From positions 768,001 through 832,000 of the forward strand of contig CAXXKJ010000002.1 of the NCBI GenBank assembly GCA_963675295.2: a stretch of DNA of 64,000 bases. Direction: 5' to 3'. How positions within the stretch are numbered: the first letter of the stretch is position 1; every line of letters begins with the position of its first letter. Origin of the DNA: a bacterium. Its GTDB lineage: Bacteria; Electryoneota; Electryoneia; Electryoneales; Electryoneaceae. Below the pieces are notes generated by a model. It worked only from the letters and a program-made list of their open reading frames with translations, had not been told where the DNA came from and searched no databases. This document shows, in pieces, positions 28,632 through 38,036 of the stretch. Both the position numbers and the translations under genes were made by a program.

Positions 28632-29048
28632 TTAATCTTCTTCGATATCAATTCGATGGTAGGCATCACACCAGCCACCATTAGGGAATTGGTTCCATAT
28701 TAGACCAAACCAGGCATCGGGTGCTGACGATTCCTCAATGTTATTCAGATAGCTGTGCCCACCCATAGTCGTAAGAGTATGAGAGTGATAGTTAGATATT
28801 TCGTATTCAGCCGTTAGGGAAACTGTACCCACCCCAACACAGTATAAATGTGAATCAACAAGAAGATCTCTGAAGCCGAATCTGGGTATGGGTTCTGGTG
28901 GCGGATCGTCCATTCCCGGAGTATAGTAAGACGCAATCTGATCCCACCAGGGTAGGGCGTGATCTTCAATTACTTCAGCAGTACATACTGAGTTCAAAAT
29001 GACAAGCATAATGCTTATCAATGTAACTGCAAGCAAAGAACGGCTCAT
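28632..29048 (-). CDS. Small secreted hypothetical protein (138 aa)
   Basis: AAGGAG RBS; signal peptide ending VCTA; two Cys in the mature part. Confidence 0.7.
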   Translation of the reverse strand: MSRSLLAVTLISIMLVILNSVCTAEVIEDHALPWWDQIASYYTPGMDDPPPEPIPRFGFRDLLVDSHLYCVGVGTVSLTAEYEISNYHSHTLTTMGGHSYLNNIEESSAPDAWFGLIWNQFPNGGWCDAYHRIDIEED

Positions 29049-29111
29049 GGTTCTTCTCCTTCGTTGTTCAATTGATGTGACTGTCATACCAGGCCTGGCG
29101 CTCATAACATA

Positions 29112-29121
29112 CCCCCCCCCC
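29112..29121. repeat. C10 homopolymer in a putative promoter spacer
   Basis: Ten consecutive C, between TTGTGT and TATGTT read on the - strand. Confidence 0.7.
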
Positions 29122-29279
29122 TGAATCTTAACACAAGGGGGCACAACAATAAACCTTTCTTTCTATTGTTTGGAGTGGCTTACACGTAATACGCGAAATA
29201 CCACCCGCGCCATCATTATCGAGCGCGCTGTTTTACATTAAATGTCTACTTTACTATCGTTCTTCTATCGCATCCCATT

Positions 29280-30383
29280 TCAAAGCGACAGTTTTCCAAC
29301 CGCATGTTCCACCACCTCCACCCCCTGCGTCCAGCAGAAACGGACATGGGTTGGCGGCAGATCGAAATATCGGCCGGGTGTGGCGAGGATGTTGTGTTCG
29401 TTTAGCAGCCAGTCGTGCAGGGAATCTCCGCGCAGTAGATCCGGATCGACGCACCTAAGGATCGTGAAGCCGGAACCCGGATGGATGGTGGCGTCGAAAC
29501 GGTCGTCGTTCGTCAGCCAATTCGCGACCAATTTACGGCCCTCGGTGATCTGGGCGAGGGACTCGTCACGGAGTTCCGCCATCAGGGTCTCGTCCGCGAT
29601 CAGGCGCGCGGAGATGCTGTCGATGGGCGACGGTCCGACCGCGCCGATGGCGTCGAACGCGCGGCTGATATGGTGGATCAGGCGTTCGTCCGCGATCACC
29701 CACCCCGCGCGCAGACGGCTGAGCCCCCAGACTTTGGTCAACGAGCTGGTCGCGACCAGGTTCGGGCGTTTCGTCGCAACTGTCTGGCCCACTTCGTTCT
29801 CGCCCCATTCACGGTAGACTTCGTCCACGAGCACGATGGTATCCTCGCCAACGAGATCCGCGAGCCGGATCAGGTCGTCGTCGCTGGTCCACGCCGCGCC
29901 CGGGTTGTACGGGTTGGTGAGGATGATCAGGCGGGCGTCCTCACTGCGTGCGAGTTGCGCCAGGTCGTCGATGTCGATCCGCCAGTTGTCGGCTTCCGGA
30001 CGTTCGAAGCGGACGATCCGTGCGCCGAGAGCGTTCGCCGCGGCCGGAATCGGATCGTAGACCGGGTGCTCGATCAGCACCGTGTCGCCACGGTTGATGA
30101 GCCCGGCAATCGCGACGAAATTCGCCATTGACGCGCCGTTTGCGTTGTACACGTTCGCCGGCAACACGCCGTACCGGAACGCGATCGCCGCCTTGAGTTC
30201 GGGATGACCGTAGGCGTCCCCGGATCCCGTCAGCGACAGGTCGGAGGGCATCTCGCCGAACAGGTCACGGTAGGTCTTGCGCAGTTCGTAGATGCCGGAG
30301 GTGGAACAGTTCAGCAGGCCTGGTTTGGTCCACGGCGCGCCGGTTTTCGCCCATTGCATGTACTCGACGTTCGGGAGTGGCAT
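29280..30383 (-). CDS. PLP-dependent aminotransferase class I/II
   Basis: LTNPYNPG, VLVDEVYRE, SSLTKVWGL..LRAGW. Confidence 0.9.
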   Translation of the reverse strand: MPLPNVEYMQWAKTGAPWTKPGLLNCSTSGIYELRKTYRDLFGEMPSDLSLTGSGDAYGHPELKAAIAFRYGVLPANVYNANGASMANFVAIAGLINRGDTVLIEHPVYDPIPAAANALGARIVRFERPEADNWRIDIDDLAQLARSEDARLIILTNPYNPGAAWTSDDDLIRLADLVGEDTIVLVDEVYREWGENEVGQTVATKRPNLVATSSLTKVWGLSRLRAGWVIADERLIHHISRAFDAIGAVGPSPIDSISARLIADETLMAELRDESLAQITEGRKLVANWLTNDDRFDATIHPGSGFTILRCVDPDLLRGDSLHDWLLNEHNILATPGRYFDLPPTHVRFCWTQGVEVVEHAVGKLSL

Positions 30384-30578
30384 GAAGGCTTCACGGTTGG
30401 GTTGACGGGATGGGGGAAGGTACGAAAATGCGGGGCGGGCGTGTCTAAATTCGAGCTCGGGTTGGTGGGCAGAACGATCCGGGACTGAGCAGAAAACCCG
30501 CGTCGGCGGAGCAAACACGGGCAAGACATTTTGGATCATCCACGACGTGAATGTCGTCGGCATCTCACATACCACCAC

Positions 30579-32336
30579 CTACTTCACCAGCGTGATGCGT
30601 TGGATTTCGGGGGCGTGACCGGACGCGTTCAGCCGCACGAAATACGCTCCGGACGCCAGCGCGGTGCCATCCAGCGCGAACTGGTGCGTGCCGGCGGACA
30701 GGGTGGCGTTCCGTGCGAGGGTGACAACCTCGCGTCCGAGCATGTCATACACGGAAACGTTCACCAGTGCGCTCTGCGGCAGGGTCATAGTCACCGTCGC
30801 CTGCGCGTTGAACGGGTTCGGATACACCGGCAGCAGGGCGAAGTCGGATGGCGCAGCGGTCACTGTACTGTTCTCGCTAGCCACGGTCGACGCGTTCTCG
30901 TTGGCGATCTGCTTGTAGAACGGAACCTGGTGTCCGCCAAGCGGCATGTCCGGTGAATCGCCAAGCACGAACCGCAGCCGGTAAACGCCGCCCGGTATGG
31001 CAGCATCAATGGCGACCTCGTGATTTTCCAGCAGCAGGGTGCCGTCCGCGTCGAGTGTCAGCGGTTGCGAGGCGATGGTGGTGATCTCGTTCTCGAGGGA
31101 AACCAGCTGCGTCCACAGGGTTGAATTCACCGCGCCGTCGTTGTGGTTGGCAAAGTAGAGCGTGCAATGCAGTACGCCGCCGTCCTGGTCGATGTACTGG
31201 TCCTCGCAGACCATGTGCGTCGTCACCGGCGAGCTGACGTGGGTCAGGAACATGTTGTTCGACTCGATGCTGCCAGTGAGGGCGAGGGTGCCGTCCCAGG
31301 AGCGGGCCAGGTCGGTGTATTCGCCGAGTGAATCGGTCAGCGACCAGCTCATGGCGAGGTCGTTGTCCAGGTCGGCGCCGATCAGGAGCTGTTGCGAGCT
31401 GGAGCTGCCGGCGAGCAACAGGTCGCCGTCCCCACGCAGGCCGATGGTCTTGACCACGGATGTCCCCGGGGTCTGATAAACCATGTCCCGTTGCCACAGC
31501 CCGTTGTCGTTGTATTCGGCCAGGTACGCACGGTGATACCCGCCGGAGAAGGTCTTGCCGGCGATGAACAGTTGTCCGTCCGGATGGGCGAACGCCGCTT
31601 CCGGGTAGAACGTGCTGAGCGTGGTTTCCCAGATGATATCACGATCTGTGTCCAGCAGCATGCCGAAACGGTAGAAATCCTCCTGCGGGTAGCCGATCAG
31701 GAACAGCCGTCCGTCCGGGAGCTGCGTCATGTCGTACACATAGTCGAATTCCGGGTAATGCCTTTCCTCGACGAGAGTTCCGTCCGGCGCGTATTCGAGC
31801 AGGTAGAAGCCGGTGTTGAAGCTGCCGGTGTAGGCCTGGACCAGCAACAGGACATTCCCGTTTGGCAATGCGGTGATGTGTGTCGCGCGGGCGTCCGTGC
31901 CGAACTGCCAATCCCAGATCTGTCCCCAGAGGTAATCGCCGGTGAGGGTCAGCCGCATCAGGAACGCGGACCCGTCATCATCCTGCGAAAAGGTTTCGGT
32001 GGTGCCGCAGACGAAATACGAATGATCATGTTCGATCATGCTGAACGCGATGTCGTAATCGTCCGATCCGCCCGTCGCGGGGTAGGAACGGACACGCAGC
32101 AGATCGCCGTTGGGACGGGTGCGCACGAGCAGCGGGTCATTGTTGTGCAGGTAGCCGGAAATGCTGGTTCCGAGCAGGGTATAGCCCTGCAGGGAGTTTT
32201 GCACGACATCACGTGACACCGCTTCGCCGTTGTACGGTTCATAGACCTGCGTCCATTCGATCGACGGTTCGGCATGAACCATGAAAACGAATGAGAGGCA
32301 GAAAAGAACGCCAAGGATGGCTTTTCGTGCGATCAT
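30579..32336 (-). CDS. T9SS cargo: propeller + Ig-like stalk + sorting domain
   Basis: Signal peptide; EWTQVY; G..LW blades; stalk DGGVL..TL...N...W; YPNPFN CTD. Confidence 0.85.
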   Translation of the reverse strand: MIARKAILGVLFCLSFVFMVHAEPSIEWTQVYEPYNGEAVSRDVVQNSLQGYTLLGTSISGYLHNNDPLLVRTRPNGDLLRVRSYPATGGSDDYDIAFSMIEHDHSYFVCGTTETFSQDDDGSAFLMRLTLTGDYLWGQIWDWQFGTDARATHITALPNGNVLLLVQAYTGSFNTGFYLLEYAPDGTLVEERHYPEFDYVYDMTQLPDGRLFLIGYPQEDFYRFGMLLDTDRDIIWETTLSTFYPEAAFAHPDGQLFIAGKTFSGGYHRAYLAEYNDNGLWQRDMVYQTPGTSVVKTIGLRGDGDLLLAGSSSSQQLLIGADLDNDLAMSWSLTDSLGEYTDLARSWDGTLALTGSIESNNMFLTHVSSPVTTHMVCEDQYIDQDGGVLHCTLYFANHNDGAVNSTLWTQLVSLENEITTIASQPLTLDADGTLLLENHEVAIDAAIPGGVYRLRFVLGDSPDMPLGGHQVPFYKQIANENASTVASENSTVTAAPSDFALLPVYPNPFNAQATVTMTLPQSALVNVSVYDMLGREVVTLARNATLSAGTHQFALDGTALASGAYFVRLNASGHAPEIQRITLVK

Positions 32337-32539
32337 CCTGTAAACCCCATGGAGATAATCGGAGCGAGAGCGCAGACGTTGCTCTCGCCCGTGTTGATGG
32401 TCAAACACGCGAAATGTTAGGTGCTTCAGGGAATTTTGATGAAAATAGGCGTCCACCGGGTCAGGACACAACAGGGTGGAACGGCCTCGTTCCGCGCTTG
32501 GTATTTTCGGAGAATGTCGCCGCAAGAGTACGAATAAAA

Positions 32540-35500
32540 TCAGAAATTACTGAGCGGGGTACGTCCTCGCCGCTGTTCCAACTGGACATCCTGCAGCATC
32601 GGCGCCTTGATCCCGATGCGAAGGTAGAAGCCCTGGCCGATGCCTTGCGGGCTCCAGCGGAACGATCCTTCCCAGCTTTTCAGGTCACGGGTGACATTGA
32701 GGCTGGAGGATACAACTTGCTTGCTGATCAGGTCGAGTTGCGTGCTGTAAGAGAACTGCCAGCGTTCGGTCAGGCGCAGGCTGAGGGTGCCGCCGACGGA
32801 GAACGTCTCGTTCGGATCCATCGGATTTTCCATCGACAGGCGGTAGCGGATGTTGCCGGTGAAACGCCACGGTGTCCCGGAGCTGGCACCTTGGCCAAAT
32901 CGTTCCCTGGTGCTGCCGAAGCGGTCGACTCGTTCGCGAATTTCCTCGGTGCTGAGCGGGTCGGAGGTGGTGTCGACGGGTGCTTCTTCCCGCACCGCGC
33001 GTTGGGCGAAGGGGCTTTTGCCGGCGATGGCGAACTGGGACGACGTCGAAAATGAGGTCATGCGGACGGGGTTGGTCCAGCTGAAATCGTCCGACTCCCA
33101 GTAGAACTTGTCCACCCGCCGGTTCGCCTCCAGATCGTACTGATAGAAGCTGTGCCGGGTCTGGATGTCGATGCTCAGCCGTTCCAGTGGGCCGAGCCGG
33201 TTCTTTCCGCTGATCGGGTTGGCGCGGAAGGACGCGGACAGGTCGCCGAATTTGAGGCTATCGGCGGCGAAATTGTAGCTGGTGGACAGGTTGTAGGTGA
33301 ACAGATCCGTCTTCGCCTCGATCTCCTCGCCTTCCTGGTCGAGCAGGATGCGCTTCATCTGGAACAGGTTGTTGAGGCTGAAGTTGAGCGCCAGTTGACG
33401 GCCGCGGGATGTCCCGCCGAGCAGGCTGCCGGTGTAGCGGTCCCGTTCATAGCTGAACGTGGAATCGACGTAGGTCGTGTCGCCATCGGCGTCCACCTCG
33501 GGTAGCGCGAGAGTGCGTTGCAGCTGCTGGTAGTAGCCGAATTCCGGGTCGGAAAAGTCCGGACGGAAGCTCATGCTGATGGTCGGCGTAACGACGTGAC
33601 GGATGGTGTTGACTGTCCAGCGGTTGATCGGGAAATAACCGTACAGCTTGGTCGTTGTGTTCAGGCTGGCGTTGAAAGTGCGGCGCTGGTAGAATCCGCG
33701 TTCCTGCGCCGATTGCGGGGTACCGTTACCGTCGATGTACCAGGCGCGGCGTTCCAGCAACCAGTCTTCGTTGTAGCTGATGCTGGGATTGAGGTTGAAA
33801 TACTTGGCGACTTTCTGCGGCGCGCTGAAACGCAGGTTGTGTTCGAAGCCGCTGCGCCAGGTTTCTTCGAGCTCGTCTTCGCTGTTCCGGTCCTCGTCCC
33901 GCTTGTTCTGGAACCGGTTGTTGTACGACATCGAGATGCTGTTGAACCACTTTTCCTCGTTGTCGTCACGTTGTGATAAGCGTTCTCCCGGCGCGAGACG
34001 CGGCTGCGGCGGTTCGTACAACAATCCCTTGTCGGACTTTTTCTTCTCCTGTTCGCTGGGGAAGAAGTAGATCCGGCCGTGATTGTAGCTGACGTTCGGC
34101 AGGGTCTGGTTGTTGCTCTGATCGGACAGATCCTGCGCGTGGTTGAGGTTCATGGTCAGCGAGTTGCCCTGTGTCGGCCAGTTCTTGCTGAAGGTGGCGT
34201 TGCTGCGGATCTGCTGGTTAACACGGGTCAGCGCGTCGTTTGAGTAGTTGTTGTAGTATGTGCTGCGGCTGACGAAGGTCGCATCTACGTTGAGGCGCGT
34301 GTTCTTGTCGAATTCCTGGCGGTGGATCATGCGCAGATCCCAGCCGTTCTGGCCGGTGTTGCTGTTGTCGATCGACCCGCTGAGGGTGCCGGAATACCGG
34401 TAGCGGTCCTTGTAGACCAGTGTCGACTCCAGCATGATGCCGGTTTTCTCGTAGAAGTCGAGCTTCGTCTCCAGATCCCAGTAGTCGGACGCCGCCCAGT
34501 AATACCCGAAGTCCTGCAGGTTGCGCCCCCGGTCGCCGCTCTGGCCGTAGGATGGGATCAGGATGCCGCTGCGCCGCCCGCGTTCAATCGAGAACACGCC
34601 GAACGGCACCGCGAACACCGGCACTTCGCCGAACCGCAAGACCACCGGCTTGCCGACGACCTTGTCGCCGACAATCATCTTCATTTCGTTGCCGGTGAAC
34701 TTGTAGTCGGGTGGGTTTTCGTAGCTGGTGGTGAAGTAGCCGTCTTTTACGTACAGCACGTCGTCGCTGACCTTCTGGATCTGGGTGCCGTGGTAGATGC
34801 CGATACCGTACTCGGTGCTGCCGTGCTCGATGTATCCCTGCCGGGTCTTCATGTTGACCTTGAGCAGCTCACCCTCAAGCTCCTCGCCGCCGTCGCTGAA
34901 GGTCGGCATGCCGACGTACATGACCGTGTCGATTTCGGTGTTGGTCGTGTCGGTGTAGACGGTATCGAGGGCGGGCGTGGCGGTCATCGTGTCACGGTTC
35001 CAGTCGACTTCGATGCGATGCGCGCGCAGGATCATGCCCTTGTAGTCGACGGTCGCGTTTCCGGTCAGGATGGTGCGGCGTTCCGGCACGACGAAAAAGA
35101 TGTCCTCGGCGGAATAGGCGATGCTGGTGTCGAGGTCGGACTCGGCACGGTCGGGCGTGGCCAGAGAATCGGCGGCCAGCGTATCCGGCATTTCGCTCTG
35201 CAGGCTGTCGGCGGCGGCGCTGTCGGGCATGGGTATGGCGAGCCTGGCCTGCTGCGCGAGCAGGGAATCCGGCAGCTGGCTCGGTGGGATGAAGCCACGC
35301 ATCACCGGCGGGCCGTCAAGCTGAATCAACGAGGAATCCGCCGCCGTACTGTCGCCGGGTGCGGTGAAGGGGGAGACGTCTACCCCGACTCCGGAACCTC
35401 CGCCCTGTGTTTCACCGGTTACGCCTTCTCGGCTCATCTCGGCACCGTCCGATCCGGGACCAGGCGAGAGCACGATGCCGCCGATGTAGCCGTCGGACGT

Positions 35501-35800
35501 GCCGCTGCCTTGGCCGTCACCGCTGGCGCCGGATTCCCCCGGACCGGATTCACCCTGATCACCGGGTCGGGACTCGTCACCATCTCCGGGTTCGGCAGGT
35601 TCTTCGGACTCGGCGGGGATTTCCGTGGACGGAGTTTCCCGGGCAAACCGGACTGTATCTGCGGTATTGACGGTGTCGTATTGAGCGGGGATGGTCTCAA
35701 CCGTTGGTTGCCGGGACGCGCACGCGGCAAACAGCACCGTGAGCGCGAGAGCGATCACCAGGCTCAACAGAGAACGCTGTCGTGTCGGCCGCCGGTTCAC
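32540..35800 (-). CDS. lptD: LPS-assembly protein LptD (Bacteroidota-type) with long N-terminal extension
   Basis: IAYSA..I, L.GNATVDY, DGYFTT, GILIPSYG, GYYWA.SDYWD, RHVVTP, RDL..WE..F.W.P. Confidence 0.85.
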   Translation of the reverse strand: MNRRPTRQRSLLSLVIALALTVLFAACASRQPTVETIPAQYDTVNTADTVRFARETPSTEIPAESEEPAEPGDGDESRPGDQGESGPGESGASGDGQGSGTSDGYIGGIVLSPGPGSDGAEMSREGVTGETQGGGSGVGVDVSPFTAPGDSTAADSSLIQLDGPPVMRGFIPPSQLPDSLLAQQARLAIPMPDSAAADSLQSEMPDTLAADSLATPDRAESDLDTSIAYSAEDIFFVVPERRTILTGNATVDYKGMILRAHRIEVDWNRDTMTATPALDTVYTDTTNTEIDTVMYVGMPTFSDGGEELEGELLKVNMKTRQGYIEHGSTEYGIGIYHGTQIQKVSDDVLYVKDGYFTTSYENPPDYKFTGNEMKMIVGDKVVGKPVVLRFGEVPVFAVPFGVFSIERGRRSGILIPSYGQSGDRGRNLQDFGYYWAASDYWDLETKLDFYEKTGIMLESTLVYKDRYRYSGTLSGSIDNSNTGQNGWDLRMIHRQEFDKNTRLNVDATFVSRSTYYNNYSNDALTRVNQQIRSNATFSKNWPTQGNSLTMNLNHAQDLSDQSNNQTLPNVSYNHGRIYFFPSEQEKKKSDKGLLYEPPQPRLAPGERLSQRDDNEEKWFNSISMSYNNRFQNKRDEDRNSEDELEETWRSGFEHNLRFSAPQKVAKYFNLNPSISYNEDWLLERRAWYIDGNGTPQSAQERGFYQRRTFNASLNTTTKLYGYFPINRWTVNTIRHVVTPTISMSFRPDFSDPEFGYYQQLQRTLALPEVDADGDTTYVDSTFSYERDRYTGSLLGGTSRGRQLALNFSLNNLFQMKRILLDQEGEEIEAKTDLFTYNLSTSYNFAADSLKFGDLSASFRANPISGKNRLGPLERLSIDIQTRHSFYQYDLEANRRVDKFYWESDDFSWTNPVRMTSFSTSSQFAIAGKSPFAQRAVREEAPVDTTSDPLSTEEIRERVDRFGSTRERFGQGASSGTPWRFTGNIRYRLSMENPMDPNETFSVGGTLSLRLTERWQFSYSTQLDLISKQVVSSSLNVTRDLKSWEGSFRWSPQGIGQGFYLRIGIKAPMLQDVQLEQRRGRTPLSNF

Positions 35801-37326
35801 TCCGATCCCTCACGTGTCTCGGAATCCTGCTCACCTGTGGGACCGTTTTCAGGACGCTTCGTTTCACCCTTCGCTGGCTTGCCCTGCGATCCGGTTTCAG
35901 CGGACGTGCCCGTGTCCGCTTGCGGACGCGGACGATCTGCCGTCTGACCAGCCCTGCTGGCGGAGCCATCAGGGGCACGTTCACTCTGATCCTCCACCTG
36001 ACCAGCCTGGGCGTGAATCGCGCGCACATTCTCCAGCCGGTCGGCGATGGCGGCTTCGGACCCGTACCGTTTCGGGCGGTAGAAGCGCGTCCCCTCCAGT
36101 TCCGGTGGCAGACCGGGCATTGGCGAGACGGCATTCGGCTGATCGTGCGAATAGAGGTAGCCTTCGCTGTAGCCGGACGCCTTCATCAGCTTGGTCGGCG
36201 CGTTCCGCAGGTGCATCGGCACCGGCCGCTGCTTGCCTTTCGCGACGAGGTCGAGCGCTTCGTTGATCGCCATGTAGGCAGCGTTGGATTTCGGCGAGGA
36301 GGCGAGGTATGTCGTCACCTGCGCGAGCGTGATCCGTGCTTCCGGCATGCCGATGGTGTGGACAGCGTCGAATGCCGCCTGCGCCAGCAGCAGCGCGTTA
36401 GGGTTGGCGTTGCCGATATCCTCGCTGGCGAGGATCACCAGCCGCCGGGCGATGAAACGCGGTTCCTCGCCGGCATGCAGCATCCGCGCGAGCCAGTAGA
36501 TCGCGGCGTCCGGATCGGAATTGCGCACGCACTTGATGAACGCGCTGATGGTATCGTAATGCGTCTCACCGGCTTTGTCGTAGCGGCTGACGGCTTGCTG
36601 CGCGACGCGTTGCACCAGCGGCAACGTGATGGTATCGGCGGACTCGTACTCAGCGGTCTCGATCGTGCGCTCGAGCAGGTTCAGCAGCTCGCGGGCGTCA
36701 CCGTTAGCGAGGTCGAGCAACGCGGTGTGGGCGTTTTCGTCAAAGGTAACCGGCGTTTCCTTCAGCACATCGTCTTCGGTCAGCGCACGCTGGAACAGGG
36801 TGTCAAGTTGTTCGCTTCCGAGCGGCTGGAACCGGTACACGCGACAGCGGCTGAGCAACGGCGAGATGACTTCGAACGACGGATTTTCCGTCGTCGCGCC
36901 GATCAGTGTCAGCACCCCTTCCTCGACCGCGTGCAGGAGTGCGTCCTGCTGTGCCTTGTTGAAGCGGTGGATTTCGTCGATGAAAAGCAGCGTGCGGGCG
37001 TTCGCGGCACGGCGTTGCCGTGCGGCGGTGATCACTTTGCGCACATCGCCGACCCCGGACGCCACCGCGCTAAGCTGATCAAAGACCGCTTCGACGTGCT
37101 GCGCGACCAGCCGTGCGAGGGTTGTCTTCCCGACTCCCGGACCGCCCCAGAAGATCATCGAATGCAACCGTCCCTTGTCAAGCAGCGGGCGCAACGCACC
37201 CTGCGGGCCGATCAGGTGCTCCTGGCCGACGAACTGGTCGACGGTTCGCGGACGCAGACGTTCCGCGAGCGGCGCGGACGGGTTCGCGGATGCGGAATCG
37301 GATGAGTCGAAAAGGCTGTCCGGCAT
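35797..37326 (-). CDS. rarA: Replication-associated recombination protein A
   Basis: [53 protein letters not shown]. Confidence 0.95.
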   Translation of the reverse strand: MPDSLFDSSDSASANPSAPLAERLRPRTVDQFVGQEHLIGPQGALRPLLDKGRLHSMIFWGGPGVGKTTLARLVAQHVEAVFDQLSAVASGVGDVRKVITAARQRRAANARTLLFIDEIHRFNKAQQDALLHAVEEGVLTLIGATTENPSFEVISPLLSRCRVYRFQPLGSEQLDTLFQRALTEDDVLKETPVTFDENAHTALLDLANGDARELLNLLERTIETAEYESADTITLPLVQRVAQQAVSRYDKAGETHYDTISAFIKCVRNSDPDAAIYWLARMLHAGEEPRFIARRLVILASEDIGNANPNALLLAQAAFDAVHTIGMPEARITLAQVTTYLASSPKSNAAYMAINEALDLVAKGKQRPVPMHLRNAPTKLMKASGYSEGYLYSHDQPNAVSPMPGLPPELEGTRFYRPKRYGSEAAIADRLENVRAIHAQAGQVEDQSERAPDGSASRAGQTADRPRPQADTGTSAETGSQGKPAKGETKRPENGPTGEQDSETREGSE

Positions 37327-37557
37327 TGAAGGTGCGGTCGTGTGACGTGAATGAAATGGGATCGCCGTAAAGTCCAAAGATAGAGCGCCACGCAAGACCG
37401 GGCAAAGAGAGGGCGGGTTCCCCGGCTGTACGGGAGTTTCAGCTGGGCCACACGGGTGCCGCCGGGGAAACGAGAAGCGCGTCTGTTTGTCTTGTGGTCG
37501 CCTGACGCAGGCAGTACACTCCGTGCAACACCAAACCAACAACCCGGAGAGATACTC

Positions 37558-37875
37558 ATGGCAGATCAGCCGACGCCGCAGGGCCCGCAGGGCCAGAAGA
37601 TTCAGATTCATATTGACGAAGCCGTCGCGGACGGTCACTACTCGAACCTCGTGGCGATCAACCACAGCCCGGCGGAATTTGTGCTCGATTTCGTGCGCAT
37701 GGTGCCGATGGTACCGAAAGCAAAGGTGCAGACCCGTGTGCTGATGGCGCCGATTCACGCCAAGTCGCTGGTCAAGGCGCTCGAGCAGAACATCAAGAAG
37801 TATGAGGACCAGTACGGCGAGATCAAAATGCAGGGTCCGGAAGGCCACGACAAGACGTTCGGTTTCCAGTCGTAA
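37558..37875 (+). CDS. DUF3467 family protein
   Basis: G.YSN...I.HSP.EF.LDF, RV...P.HAK....AL..NI..YE..YGEI. Confidence 0.9.
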   Translation: MADQPTPQGPQGQKIQIHIDEAVADGHYSNLVAINHSPAEFVLDFVRMVPMVPKAKVQTRVLMAPIHAKSLVKALEQNIKKYEDQYGEIKMQGPEGHDKTFGFQS

Positions 37876-38036
37876 GTCATGCGCGAACAGTTTCGACGAC
37901 GTCAACCCGGCTTTTGATAAGGTCGGGTTGTCTGCTCAGCGGGATCGAGTTGTGAAGTCATACCATGGAGCGTAGATTTAACTGATTGCTGTATCAAAGA
38001 AATGCCGTTGAAATTAAAAATCGACTCGAGGTTGTT

